A DNA stretch of 64,000 nucleotides from Podarcis pityusensis (taxonomy: Eukaryota): assembly GCA_964106645.2 (NCBI GenBank), contig OZ067046.1; one strand, given 5' to 3'. The notes below the pieces were generated by a model that had not been told where the DNA came from, did not search any database, and saw nothing but the letters and a program-made list of their open reading frames with translations. The first letter of the stretch is position 1, and the number at the start of each line of letters is the position of its first letter. Below, piece by piece: positions 51,819-64,000 of this stretch. A program made the position numbers and the translations under genes.

Positions 51819-52076
51819 CCGTATTTTTCGCTCTATAAGACGCACCAGACCACAAGACGCACCTAGTTTTTGGAGGAGGAAAACAAGAAAAAAAATATTC
51901 TGAATCTCAGAAGTCAGAACAGCAAGAGGGATCACTGCACAGTGAAAGCAGCAATCCTCTTGCTGTTCTGGCATCTGGGATAGCTGTGCAGCCTGCATTC
52001 GCTCCATAAGACGCACACACATTTCCCCTTACTTTTTAGGAGGGAAAAAGTGAATCTTATAGAGAAAAAAATACAG
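51819..52076. mobile_element. Tc2-like MITE related to 4403-5304 (opposite orientation, no array)
   Basis: TIR CCGTATTTTTCGCTCTATAAGACGCAC; its right ~90 bp is the reverse complement of 4403-4490; TA flanks. Confidence 0.88.
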
Positions 52077-53475
52077 TAATTATAAAACAACTAGATCCTG
52101 GAGTGTAATGGACTTCCCAGCAAGATGCCTTTACATTTCCGTCGACTTCTTTTAAAATTGAGTTTGAATAGCAGCCCAAATCTGGAATGATGGTTTCATA
52201 CCAGAATTTCCACCAGAAGGCTCAGGTTGTTTATAGCTTTCCTTTAAGTGGGTGGGTGGTATGTGGGAGGAGAAGATGGGCGGAAGTGAGGCAATTAATT
52301 GAGCATTTTGATCATGCTTTGGGTTTTGGCAGGCAATTTATTTTCACGGTGTGGAATGAAGAACATTGGTCTGGTTCTATCCTGCACACAGTTGCACTTT
52401 GGAACAGACCTGACCCATCATGGGCTTAATAAACCTCCTGTTCTTAATGCATGCCCTAGACTGGAGAAACAGGGATGGAAAAACAGTGACAGGCAGGTGG
52501 CCAGCGACAACACATCTGGTCAACTATGTTTGGCTCTGTAGACTAGGACATGAGCATGGGAGAAGGCATGCAAGCCTGTAATATGTTTGATAATCCTTAG
52601 CTCTTTACTGTCTTGGCTTTGAAACTCATTTGCTCTTGTGCAGCATTTTTTGGTAGGTCCTAAGCCTGACTCCAAGTAGGATGGAGAGCCAGCCCATTTC
52701 TTTTCAGGTGGACCTATAACCACCTCACTTCATCCCCCCCCTCCTGCTTTGAGCATTGGACTGGTCCCAAGGTCCCAAGCATACTTTCCATACAGCCACT
52801 ATTATGGAAAATTTCCCATTGCAGGCCCCACTGAAATGAATGGGTACTCAACTACACAAGCCCAGGGAGGTGCTTTTGTGCTGCCCCCATTCATTTCAAT
52901 GGGGTTTAAATGGGAGAACTTCACCTGGTGAATAACAACTATGCTTGGTATTCATTGGCTTAAAAAAATCAATGAAAGGAAGACATTTTCTTGGTGCATC
53001 TGTTGAAAATATAATCCTGAAGTAGTAATTATATGTTTTCCAGATGCTGCAGTATCAGAACAGACAGCTAATATTTTACTTATACTTATTTTTCCCACCC
53101 TCCAGCGTATACCTACATATCTTTATGGTACGTGAAAGTATGAGGGATGTCAAACAGTCCCTATTATTTCATGTTTTACATCCCACCTCCTGGGTAGTAT
53201 TTTAAGATCTACTTGTTTTCCCTGGAATCAGTATGGCTTTTGTTTATTATTATATATCCTGTTCTTCCTATGTGGAGCTTGGAGTGACTCATGTGAGCTC
53301 CCACTGCTGTCTTAGCTAGGCTGAAACTTCGTTCAATTTAGTGAATCTTCATGTTTTCAGAGTTAAATGAACTGAATGCAATTTGAGTAGCTGGAGAATA
53401 TGTTAAAATAAATAAATAAATCTGGGTGTACTGAAAGTTTTTTTTTTAAATGACTTTTGGCTTCCCCCCCTTTAA

Positions 53476-53643
<168 letters not shown>

Positions 53644-54642
53644 TGACTTTGTATGTCTTTTTAGTCTTCTTGAGGAGCCCAGCTGATTTGAATGAGAGAT
53701 TTGGCCAAGGAAGGAGTATGCCCTCAGGCTCTGAATCTGTAATGTCAGCTTCGCTCATACAGGCCCCTTTCTCCTCCTGCCTTGGCGAGAGTGAATTGAA
53801 AAAGCAATTAGGAAAATCGATTACGCGATATTAGAATGAAGCACATTAAAATGCAATTTGAAAGAGGATGCTCCAATTGACACTGAAAGCAAGAGGAGAC
53901 AAACGGCATGGAGGCAGCGCACAGGGAGCTGAGGGGGAAAATCTGGGTTTCTGACAAAGGAGAGGAGAATACAGATACAGCTGAAGCAATTTTCTAAAGA
54001 AGTTATCTTTCTAAACCTCAGCATTGCCATGCATTGGAGAAGGATTAATCAAGTGGAGACCATTGAACCAAAAGACCTATTAAGCAGTACATTTCAGAGG
54101 GAGATGAATAAAAGAGGTTAAAATTAGGCCTGGCAGGGGCGGACTTTCCATCTGAAAGAGAAATCTGAATATGTATGTATTACTTAGCCCTCCTCCATTT
54201 CATCCCAGCAAGAAATCGCAAAAGAAAACTCCAGTGGCGGCTTTTCTTGTTGAGGCTGTAGAAAGGTAATAGGTTTTACAGAACTGAAAGTGCTTTGATA
54301 TAGATCCATTTTTGCTTGGGGTGTATAGATTTATCCCCACCTAAGCCTAAGTTGTCTCTGCTCAGACAGGTTCCCATAATAAATTAAAGCCTGATAAATA
54401 GGTTTTGTCAGAGATGACGTTGATGTTTCATCGATGTTTTTATGGCTCTGCTGTTGATTTTGTCCTTATATGTTTTACTCCACCTTGCTTGATTTCTACG
54501 AAAGTGCAGATTATTAAATTCATGAATAAATAAATAATGGTGGGATGGATTCAGAAATCCATATTAGGGCAATGCCTTTATTGGGCTAACCAAAAGGTCA
54601 CAAAAGTTTTTGAGTTGCCCTGAACTCCTAATATGACTCGAT

Positions 54643-54778
54643 CAGTGATTCCCAAACGTGGGTCTCCAGCTGTTTTTGAACTACAGTTCCCATCATCCCT
54701 GACCACTGATCCTGCTAGCTAGGGATGATGGGAATGGTAGTCCAAAAAATGCTGGAGACACAAGTTCAGGAAACCCTG
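54643..54778. mobile_element. Short palindromic hAT-like MITE
   Basis: cagtgattcccaaac ... gttcaggaaaccctg with an internal ttcccatcatccct / agggatgatgggaa stem. Confidence 0.7.
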
Positions 54779-55380
54779 ATTTAGAGGGTTGGTTGGAGAC
54801 TCTCTCTCACACACAGACACCCCACACAAATGACCTGGGAGACAGGATTCTGAATTGGAGGAATTTTGGATTCTCCCCCCACCCCCATGGCTGACATGAC
54901 TATCTTTAGTGGGATAGTATTTGTATGTGCACCCAGCAGGCAGGTGGTGATGTGTATGCTGTAATGGGTTGTGGTGGGTGGCTGTCAATTACAAAGGGGG
55001 TTTGGGGTTGGCTTACCCACACCAAGAGGAGCTCAGAAGGATGGAAAGTATCCATGGTAACTTAAATAACATTGTTGCCTTTGACTGTCCTGTATAAGTA
55101 AGGCTGATGAGCATTTAGCAATGCGTTTGCTGTACTGTGTGTGTTGCCAGAGAACTATTTGTTGTAGGATGGGTGCTGCTCCTGCTGGCAAGCTTCTTGA
55201 GCTCCACACAATGTCATCCAAATGCCAGCCTGTATTTTTCTCCTTATTTACCTAACAAGCCTAGAAGTGTCTACTTGGAAGTCCCACCTAACTCAATGAG
55301 GCTTACTTCCAGGAAACCAGGTATTGCAGCTTTAATCTAGACTTACCCTTTCCATGGAAAATCCAATCAGTTAAAAAACT

Positions 55381-56022
55381 TTGTTGTTGTTGTTTAGTTG
55401 TTTAGTCGTGTCCGACTCTTCGTGACCCCTGGACCAGAGCACACCAGGCATGCCTGTCTTCCACTGCCTCCCGCAGTTTGGCCAAACTCATGTTTTGAGA
55501 ACATTGTCCAACCATCTCGTCCTTTGTCGTCCCCTTCTCCTTGTGCCCTCCATCTTTCCCAACATCAGGGCCTTTTCCAGGGAGTCTTCTCTTCTTATGA
55601 GGTGGCCAAAGTATTGGAGCCTCAGCTTCAGGATCTGTCCTTCCAGTGAGTATTCAGGGCTGATTTCCTTCAGAATGGATAGGTTTGATCTTCTTGCAGT
55701 CCATGGGACTTTCAAGAGTCTCCTCCAGCACCATATTTCAAAAGAATCAATTCTTCGGCGATCAGCCTTCTTTATGGTCCAGCTCTCATTTCCATACATC
55801 TCCACTGGGAAAACCATAGCTTTAACTATACGGACCTTTGTTGGCAAGGTGATGTCTGCTTTTTAAGATGCTGTCTAGGTTTGTCATTGCTTTTCTCCCA
55901 AGAAGCAGGCATCTTTAATTTCATGACTGCTGTCACCATCTGCAGGGATCATGGAGCCCAAGAGAGTAAAATCTCTCACTGCCTCCATTTCTTCCCCTTC
56001 TATTTGCAAGGAGATGATGGGA
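55381..56022 (-). mobile_element. BovB 3' fragment
   Basis: PTKVRIVKAMVFPVEMYG..WCWRRLLKVPWTARRSN..FGHLIRREDSLEK; (CAA)n tail. Confidence 0.93.
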
Positions 56023-56789
56023 CCAAAAAACCTAGTTGCCAATAAACCATTGGTGGTATTAAGTCCCCATCTGAACGCACCCTGAAGTTTGTAGCAATAA
56101 ACCTTCATTTGCTGGTCTTTGTGCTCAAAGGTGAAAATGCTTTAAAAAAATACTGTATAGTTTCCTTGGATTTTTTTTCTAGCTAGCAGTCATTCAGCAA
56201 GTTTGGAAAATTCCATCATTCCAAGAAGTACAGTTCAGTGTTTCCTGCTTTGTTTGTTCTCTTTCCCATCAGAGGCGCTTCAGGCTCCCAGCGGCCTGCC
56301 TTTGTCTTGTTAGATTTGATTATATGAGAAGCAGGGTCTTGCATAGCCATTCAGATTACATTTCTCCATCTTCAAGCAGGCATGAAGAAGCTCTTTATAT
56401 TTTTAATGTTTACAGAGACCCAGCAGCTTTTGTCTGGGTGAAAAGTTTTCAATGGGAAGCTCTTATAAGTACAGCTGATGCCAAGAGCCAGGGATAGCTA
56501 ATGTGAGCCAGCTTCATGTAAAATAAACATGATGGTTCAGGGTTTCATCATCCCCCTCCTTTGCAAAAAATGCTTATGAAACAGTGAGATGTTCTAGGTG
56601 TGAGACTAGAGGAAGGGCAAGGCCCAGCTAAGACATTTCTCTGTCTGAGGCAAATATTATGCTCCCCATGCCATACCACTCACCAGAAGCAGACTAATCA
56701 AGTGTCTGTATTTTCCAGAGACAGTCCCAGATTTACAGAAGCCATCTCGGTTTCTAATCTGATCCTGGAATGTTCCACTTTTCCTTAGA

Positions 56790-56980
56790 CAGGGGTGCCC
56801 AAACCTTTTCCAAAAGGGCCAGATTTGATGAAGTGAACATGCATGAGGGCTGGCCAAAGTTGTTGAACTTTTTTTAGATTGAAGTAGGATTTTACCCAAG
56901 GACATATACTGCCACAGGGGCCGGATTAAATTGACCGGCGGGCTGGATTAGGCCCCCGAAACGGACTTTGGACACGCCTG
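56790..56980. mobile_element. hAT MITE nested in an older short element
   Basis: caggggtgcccaaa / tttggacacgcctg; ccttag duplicated at the flanks. Confidence 0.75.
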
Positions 56981-57073
56981 CCTTAGGACATCTCTATTTT
57001 CATTGGAGAAATGTTGAAGGGTATGGTTATGTGACCTCAAGCCAAGGAGATAAGTAACTATACAACCTTCATA

Positions 57074-57378
57074 GCCAGTGTGGTGTAGTGGTGTAGAGTG
57101 GTAGACTCGTAATCTGGGGAACCGGGTTAGCGTCTCCACTCCTCCACATGCAGCTGCTGCGTGACCTTGGGCTAGTCACACTTCTTTGAAGTCTCTCAGC
57201 CCCACTCACCTCACAGAGTGTTTGTTGTGAGGGAGGAAGGGAAAGGAGAATGTTAGCCGCTTTGAGACTCCTTCGGGTAGTGATAAAGTGGGATATCAAA
57301 TCCAAACTACTTTTCTTCTTCTTCTTCTTCTTCTTCTTCTTCTTCTTCTTCTTCTTCTTCTTCTTCTTCTTCTTCTTC
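57074..57378 (+). mobile_element. Squam3-type SINE with an expanded (CTT)n tail
   Basis: Same consensus as 38439; ~22 CTT units. Confidence 0.87.
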
Positions 57379-58754
57379 AGACATCTGAAGGCAGCCCTTT
57401 ATAGGGAAGGGTTATTATGGGATGGGATGTCCTTGTTTTCATTGGAGAAATGTTGGAGGGTATGCTCTCTTTCCATATTCCCAGATGAATCTCATTCCTA
57501 GTAGCCTTCCTGCAGAAAGATTTAACAGATAAAGAGCTTCCTTAAAAAGTGCCAAGTGATAATCCTGCCATTTCCCCTCCAAGAAGCAAAGTGAATTGTT
57601 CCCATTAATATCGATGTCAACAGTTCTATTTGGATTACGAGAGGAATAAGAACAGTCACAGTTTAGGCTACAACATAAATATATTAGCATTCATATGCCA
57701 ATTAGGCAATCTGATACTCTCTTTAAAAAGACTTGAGTTTTTAATGAAATACACGATAGGATAATACTTAACAATTAAATATCCGGGGAGCACTTCTCTG
57801 CTGTGCTTCTGTGTATATACCCAGAGAGAATCAGAAGGATTAACAGTAGTCTTTTGTTATGTTTGGAATTACTATTTTAATCTGAAAGGCCCCTTCAAAA
57901 TAAAATGTGTAAGTTCCCAAATAAAGGAATTGTCTTCCAGTAGGATACAATCCCTGTCTACATAATGCAACACACTTCCCCCCCCCCCTGTGCTTTCTGC
58001 CTGTACTGCCCAACTCCCCAGCATGAGATCTGGAAAGTGGCTGCCTCTTGGAGGCTGCCAGAAGGGAATCATCTCTTTGGGGTGATTCCTCATGGATCTG
58101 AGGCCAAGTCTTCAAACTTTTGCCCTGCTGGACACAGCAAGGAGAGCAGCTCCCTGCTAAGCTGTGGCAAGATTCCAGGGGGTTCCAGGAGCTCACCTAG
58201 GGCCTGTGTTCCCATGAGAGTTAGGATGTGTCTTCAGAAATATGGTTTCGTTACACATATTTACACCTTTAGTCAGCATGGTCAGCTTAAGAGGGGCTTG
58301 TTCCCCACAGCCGTACAGCACTGGAGTCCAAGGTATCTCACCCGGCCTGCCTTCAGCCAAGCTCTCAGCTGTCCTCAGGCCTCATGCCAAAGACCCCAAC
58401 CTCTTCTTGTGACATCACACCCAGTTACCATGGCAACCTTCCAAATTCCATGTCTCTGTTCACACCTCAGGCCGGGGTGGGGGGGAAAAGGACAGTTATC
58501 GTGCATTGCCAATGGTCCTCAGCAACCCTGCATTGTTTCTTAGTGCCCCCAGTTTGGCCAGATAGTTGATGTTGTCGACTGCTGAAACCTGGTTTGCTGA
58601 TGTAGTGTGTGCCCCTTACAGTATCCGATCTTTATTTTATTAGGTATCTGGCCTGCCATTGTTAGAGGCACCAATCTTGAGTAAGGAAACTTGCTCCGAA
58701 ATGAGAGTTTTCTACCCAAGATCCCTTGGGCTCAGCCTCATTTCAATGGACTGT

Positions 58755-58758
<4 letters not shown>

Positions 58759-58794
<36 letters not shown>

Positions 58795-59230
58795 TTATTA
58801 TTTATACCCCACCCATCTGGCTGGGTTTCCCCAGCCACTCTGGGCGGCTTCCAACAAAACACTAAAATACAGTAACCTATTAAACATTAAAAGCTTCCCT
58901 AAACAGGGCTGCCTTCAGATGTCTTCTAAAAGTTTGGTACTGTCGTTATTTTTCTCTTTGACATCTGGTGGGAGGGCGTTCCACAGGGCGGGTGCCACTA
59001 CCGAGAAGGCCCTCTGCCTGGTTCCCTGTAGCTTTGCTTCTCGTAATGAGGGAACCGCCAGAAGGCCCTCGGCGCTGGACCTCAGTGTCCAGGTAGAACG
59101 ATGGAGGTGGAGACGCTCCTTCAGGTATTCTGGGCTGAGGCCGTTTAGGGTTTTAAGGGTCAGCACCAACACTTCGAATTGTGCTTGGAAACGTACTGGG
59201 AGCCAGTGTAGGTCTTTTCAGTGAGGTCAC
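58759..59230 (-). mobile_element. L2-clade LINE 3' end
   Basis: VLTLKTLNGLSPEYLKERL...RAFSVVAPALWNALP; (AAT)n tail; same family as 50168. Confidence 0.87.
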
Positions 59231-60540
59231 CTCCTCTCTGCTTCCCCATACTCTTGCTTTTGATGCTTCTGTTAATTTCTTTATCCTCTTCTGCATCGCA
59301 AGGCAGATGTGAATGTGCATACCAAACCCACGCTTCAGGTGATCCTGAATCCACATTAAATATGTTTTTAGATGTGCTGTCAGATGCCCAGAGTGGCTGG
59401 GGAAACCCAGCCAGATGGGCGGGGTATAAATAAATTAATAATAATAATAATAATAATAATGTCTCAAGTGTGCATTGTGACACAGATGCAGTTTTGAAAG
59501 TGTACAGTCTAAACACAAACTTTCCATGCACAGCTTTCCTTTTGCTGGAATGAGCACATGTGTGCATGCACACACATGCACACAGCATTGCAGAACACAG
59601 AGAGCCTTTCCCCGAGGTGGTTATGCTCTGTACTAATTCAAGCTGCAGCCTCAGTCCTAGAGCTGTAAGTGGATTGTTCCATATCATTAGAGCTATATTA
59701 CAGAACTGTCAGGAGGAACACTGTACTGCTGTATTTGATCACATACCGCTGTCTCCTTGGCTGCTTTATTAAAATGTATAGTCTCTCATGTTATTTTAAA
59801 GCAATATTGAGTTCATTCTTCCTCTCTGCCTTCTGGTGGAGAAAGAGAGAGAGAGAGAGCCATAAACAGAATTTGCAGTGGAATCACTGTCATTTAGAGC
59901 TCTGAGCTTCAGTGGAGCCTTTTAGGTTTGCAAAAAATAGGTTTTTGCCCCCCCCCCACCCTCCTTGGATAAAACGCTTTAATTGCTATTGGGGTCACGT
60001 AGACCACAACTAAGTAAGATTTTTTAAAAAGCAATAACAAGATGTATTGGACCCAGGGATTCAATCTGTAGTGGTATGTCTTTAAAAATACACTGGAAAA
60101 TCATACAGCACATAGCACAGCAGGTTTCAATTGCTAAAACAGGCGTAAAAATAATCAGTTGACTGGTCCACCAAGACCTTGATCAATTTTCAAGTATGAA
60201 AACTTTTTTGACCACAGTCAGAGTTCTAGGCATTCTTTCACGGAAGTAATGACTCCATTTTAATGTAAAATTATGAATTTGTTTTCAGTGCTTATAATGA
60301 GTGCATGCAACTGTATCCAAATGATATTAGGGTGTGTATGTAATGGCAGCCCCCATGTTAATGCCCGTGATGTCTCATGGATCCTGGCTATCTCTAGTAG
60401 CTAGGAATAAAAAATATGGAATGGGTGAGGCCATAGTTTTAACTTCTGCATTAATCTAAAATAGTTATGGTGCTGTTAAAGGAGAGTTTTCACCACACTG
60501 GAGTAACTTAGACACTAACAGTCAGTGTGGCATTGTGGCT

Positions 60541-60792
60541 AGAAGAAGAAGAAGAAGAGTTTGGATTTGATATCCTGCTTTATCACTACCCGAAGGAGTC
60601 TCAAAGCAGCTAACATTCTCCTTTCCCTTCCTCCCCCACAACAAACACTCTGTGAGGTGAATGAGGCTGAGAGACTTCAGAGAAGTGTGACTAGCCCAAG
60701 GTCACCCAGCAGCTGCATGTGGAGGAGCAGAGACGCGAACCCGGTTCACCAGATTACGAGTCTACCACTCTTAACCACTACACCACACTGGC
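60541..60792 (-). mobile_element. Squam3-type SINE
   Basis: Reverse complement of the 38439 family. Confidence 0.87.
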
Positions 60793-60989
60793 TCTCCAGT
60801 GAATGCTGGACTAGTACCTGGGAGACCGAGGGTTCGAATCTGCCCTTGACCATGAAGCTCGTTGGGTGACCTCTCAGCCAAACCTACCTAGAAGCTTGTC
60901 GGGTGACCTCTCATTGCCTCTCAGCCAAACCTACTTTGCAGGGCTGTTGCGGGGATTAACTGAGGAGGGGGAGAACCATGTATGCCACC

Positions 60990-61521
60990 TGTCACAGACT
61001 GGCTGGATGATAAAGAGTGGTAGGAAGCATCAGGCGGGAGATCCCCATGGGAAACCCCAGAGGAGGAAGGCTCAGAGCCAAGAAAATTGATGGAGGTCAG
61101 AGGGAGAAGAGTGGGAGGAGGGATTGGAGGCCGAGAGGCAGCAGGATATAGGGAGCAAGGAGAGTTGGTGACCGGGAACTGTTCTGACTCAGAGGCTAAA
61201 GTAGAAAAATTCCAGGGGCCTGCCTCTCCTACTGCGACAAACTCCCCTCTCCACTAGTCTCCAAGGACATGCAAGGCGATGTGTAGAGTGGAGCAGAGAT
61301 TACAGGTGCCCAGGTGAAGTTTGAGACTGCTTGGAAAACATCCGGCAGAGGAGGAGCCCTAGAGGAAGTGGAAGGTGAGGACTGTCAGTCCTGGGAACTA
61401 GCAGGGCAAGTCCTGCTGGAAGTGTTGCTAAGTTGTATGCCATATTCTTGAATAAAGAATTAGCTGCACCAATAGTCTCTGCTTCCTGTGTGCTGACCGA
61501 CATCTGGGCCCAGCCCTGACA
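60990..61521 (+). mobile_element. Solo LTR (Gypsy-like)
   Basis: TGTCA...TGACA termini; 5-bp flanks ccacc / ctacc; AATAAA at 61451; interrupts an older SINE. Confidence 0.75.
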
Positions 61522-61561
61522 CTACCTTGAGTTCCTTGGGCTGGGAAAAGGGATATGATTG

Positions 61562-61598
<37 letters not shown>

Positions 61599-61860
61599 CC
61601 GCACTCATGCAGTGTTTCATCCTCCCCACTTTAATTTCAGCTGGGGTCTCATTTGTCTCAATGCTTTTTAATGAAATCCTCAAATGCACTCCTCCCCCCC
61701 TTTTTGGTAAGGAGAGTGTTGAAACACTTCCAAACTATTTCAACTTGCACCATTTTGTATTTGGCTATGGCCCCAAATATATTGGAGTGATTTTTTAATT
61801 TAAAAAATTGATATGATTCTCAAATGCAGCAGCGTTGCTTTGCTTCTTTTCTTTTTACAG

Positions 61861-62120
61861 GGATAACAACGGTTTTGACCATGACAACTCTGAGCATCAG
61901 TGCGCGGCATTCTTTGCCCAAAGTCTCCTACGCCACCGCCATGGACTGGTTCATTGCCGTGTGCTTCGCCTTCGTCTTCTCTGCGCTGATTGAGTTTGCA
62001 GCTGTCAACTATTTCACTAACATTCAGATGGAAAAAGCCAAAAGGAAGGCTGCGAGATCTGCTCCTGAAGTTCCAGCAACTCCTATGCAGAAGGAAAACT
62101 GTGCAGAAGAGGCACCCACG
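61861..62120 (+). CDS. GABRA4: GABRA4 exon 8 (TM2, TM3, start of intracellular loop)
   Basis: ttacag|GG; (G)[86 protein letters not shown]; donor |gtattt; 260 nt. Confidence 0.95.
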
Positions 62121-62452
62121 GTATTTAGCCTATTTAATACAGTATGCATTAAAACGTGACTAGTGAAATGTTGACCAAAAGTGCATTCAAAGCTGGGACA
62201 GGGTTGAAGTGCATGGTCAGCTTCCATTCTAGGGTGGTTTGAACCCATCTTGCTTTCCACTGTCCTCTAGCTTCCTTTGAGACTGTTACTTTTGTCCACA
62301 GCCTAGACTGCACCCTTACTTAAACTGACTTCTTTGTCATTTCCCTTCAATCTTACATTTCAGTGTTACTTAGTGTTACTAAGTGTTACTACAGTAACAT
62401 TTCAGTGTTACTAAGGCAGAAAGCAGTGCATCTGCAACACCAGTAGCAATTA

Positions 62453-62864
62453 CAGTGGTACCTCGGTTTTCGAGCGTAATCCGTTCCGGAAGACAGTTCG
62501 AGTTCTGAAACATTTGAAAACCAAAAACTCAACAGCCGAAAGCTAGGCCTCAGGATCTTGCACTCAGCGGAAGCTGCGTAGCATGTTCGACTTCTGAGGT
62601 GTGTTCAAAAACTGAAGCATTTCCGGGTTTATGGTGTTTGAAAACCGAAATGTTCGTCAGTGGAGACGTTCGAAAACTGAGATACCTGAAACTGTTCTTA
62701 ACCTGAAGCACCACTTTAGCTAATGGGGCTTCCCGCTGCCGCCGTGCCGCCGGAGCACAATTTCTGTTCTCATCCTGAAGCAAAGTTCTTAACCCCAGGT
62801 ACTATTTCTGGGTTAGCGAAGTTTGTAACCTGAACCATATGTAACCTGAAGCGTATGTAACCTG
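62453..62864. mobile_element. Two fused, truncated Tigger-like MITEs
   Basis: The left part starts TA-CAGTGGTACCTCGG like the 47056 family; from ~62685 the sequence is the reverse complement of the 3662 family without its TIRs. Confidence 0.8.
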
Positions 62865-64000
62865 TACACTCTTTTGCTCCCCTTAAAACCAGACCTCTTT
62901 GCTTTACTTCCTTGTTGCCATTTTCCTAGATAGGCAAGGAGGTCTGAAGGTCAAAAATATAGATTATGTTAAAGAGTAGGCAGCTCCATGTAGCATATTT
63001 AAACTTAAAAGTAAGCTTGTGGGGCCCTTATTCAGATCAGGATCACTGCATGTGAGGAAGAAAGGTTTATTTATAATCTCCTGTACCATCTTTCCCAGCC
63101 GCCTCCATGCTCTAAGTAGCAAATAGAAAAAAGCTCCCATGGGCATCAATGGGAGCTTCCACCTACCTTTCACTACTTGGTGTTGGGCTGATTCTGGGGG
63201 AAATCATAGTGGGGAAAGGAACGATTGAACTTCCTTTCTTTGCATGCTGTGGTCTCAGTCTACATTGTACCGCCATGATTACTTTGAAGATTGGATGCTG
63301 GACTTGCTGTGGGCTTGGTTTCTGGGACTGGATCCAACCTATGATCCTGGGACTCATGATGTGACTCTTCTGTACACTTTTAACCAGGATTTTCAAAGCT
63401 AGAAAGCTTTGAAGCTAGGAAGGCTTCTCACAATTCTATCTTTCAAATTGGTGTCTACCATGTGTCAACGCCATTTTGGAAAATCCTTTCCGAGACCATT
63501 CTTCAGGCTGCATATTCTCAAAAAATTTCCTTGGCCCAGTCCAAAGAAAGTGGATTGGATCCTGCAGGCAGAGATGGAATTGTATACATTCCTTATTTAG
63601 TGCCATGTTTTAAGGGTGTGATAAAACGAACAGGAAACGCAGAGGCTTTTATTTTCACTTGACGCATCTGAAGGAAATTACCCTCCATTAAACTGTTATC
63701 GGAAGCAGACATCCACATGAGACATTGCTGTATAAAATGAATCCTCAGCTCATTTAGGCTGACCCTGAGATAAAGCCACATCATCAAAGTGCTATCACAC
63801 AATCTGAACTGGCTGTCAAGGCTGGGGATCAGGTTGCTGCCTGTACTTTACATTCGGACTCAAAATATTACAGCAACAGAACAGCTGCCATATCCAGCGC
63901 ATGCTCAACTCAGGGGTGAGGAACAAGGGTTTAAGATCCATCCCAAGTGGAAAAGGTTCCTTTGCCAATCAGCCAAGAAGAGAGAGACAACAGGGCTGAT

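Noticed and set aside
54575-54632. Penelope-associated hammerhead ribozyme
   Set aside because: Resembles a Penelope end fragment, but the CUGANGA and GAAA cores are not intact on either strand.
55136-55170. Apparent duplicate of the exon-7 3' end (mutually exclusive exon)
   Set aside because: Only a short gapped resemblance (tgccag..aact); no TM1-like frame or matching splice sites.
61953-61955. GABRA3-type I/M RNA-editing site in TM3
   Set aside because: The codon is ATT, not ATA, so third-position A-to-I editing to Met is impossible.

Overview
Vertebrate genomic DNA, almost certainly from a lacertid lizard (Sauria/Squam1 and Squam3 SINEs, BovB, squamate MITEs). The only protein-coding gene I can support is GABRA4 (GABA-A receptor alpha-4) on the + strand. 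Coding exons 1-8 lie at 18924-62120, all introns are GT-AG, intron 2 is 27 kb, and exon 9 (rest of the intracellular loop plus TM4) is beyond the window. The first ~18 kb is upstream DNA ending in a CpG-island promoter. The rest is mostly transposon-derived: SINEs, BovB/RTE/CR1/L2/L1 fragments, Tc1-mariner and hAT MITEs, and a solo LTR. Nearly all other ORFs in the track are spurious or TE-derived. I cannot demonstrate a wholly new biological system. The best leads are: (1) a Tc2-like MITE carrying a young 118-bp tandem array in which each unit has a 50-bp palindrome plus a second hairpin; (2) an isolated 113-bp near-perfect palindrome in intron 2 with an AP-1 motif at its apex; (3) a strong-Kozak out-of-frame uAUG 13 nt upstream of the GABRA4 start; (4) an ancient LF-SINE remnant and a divergent pair of RE1/NRSE-like sites in intron 2; (5) inverted repeats bracketing frame-preserving exon blocks (circRNA candidates). 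Repeat-family names come from my recall of consensus sequences, not from a search.
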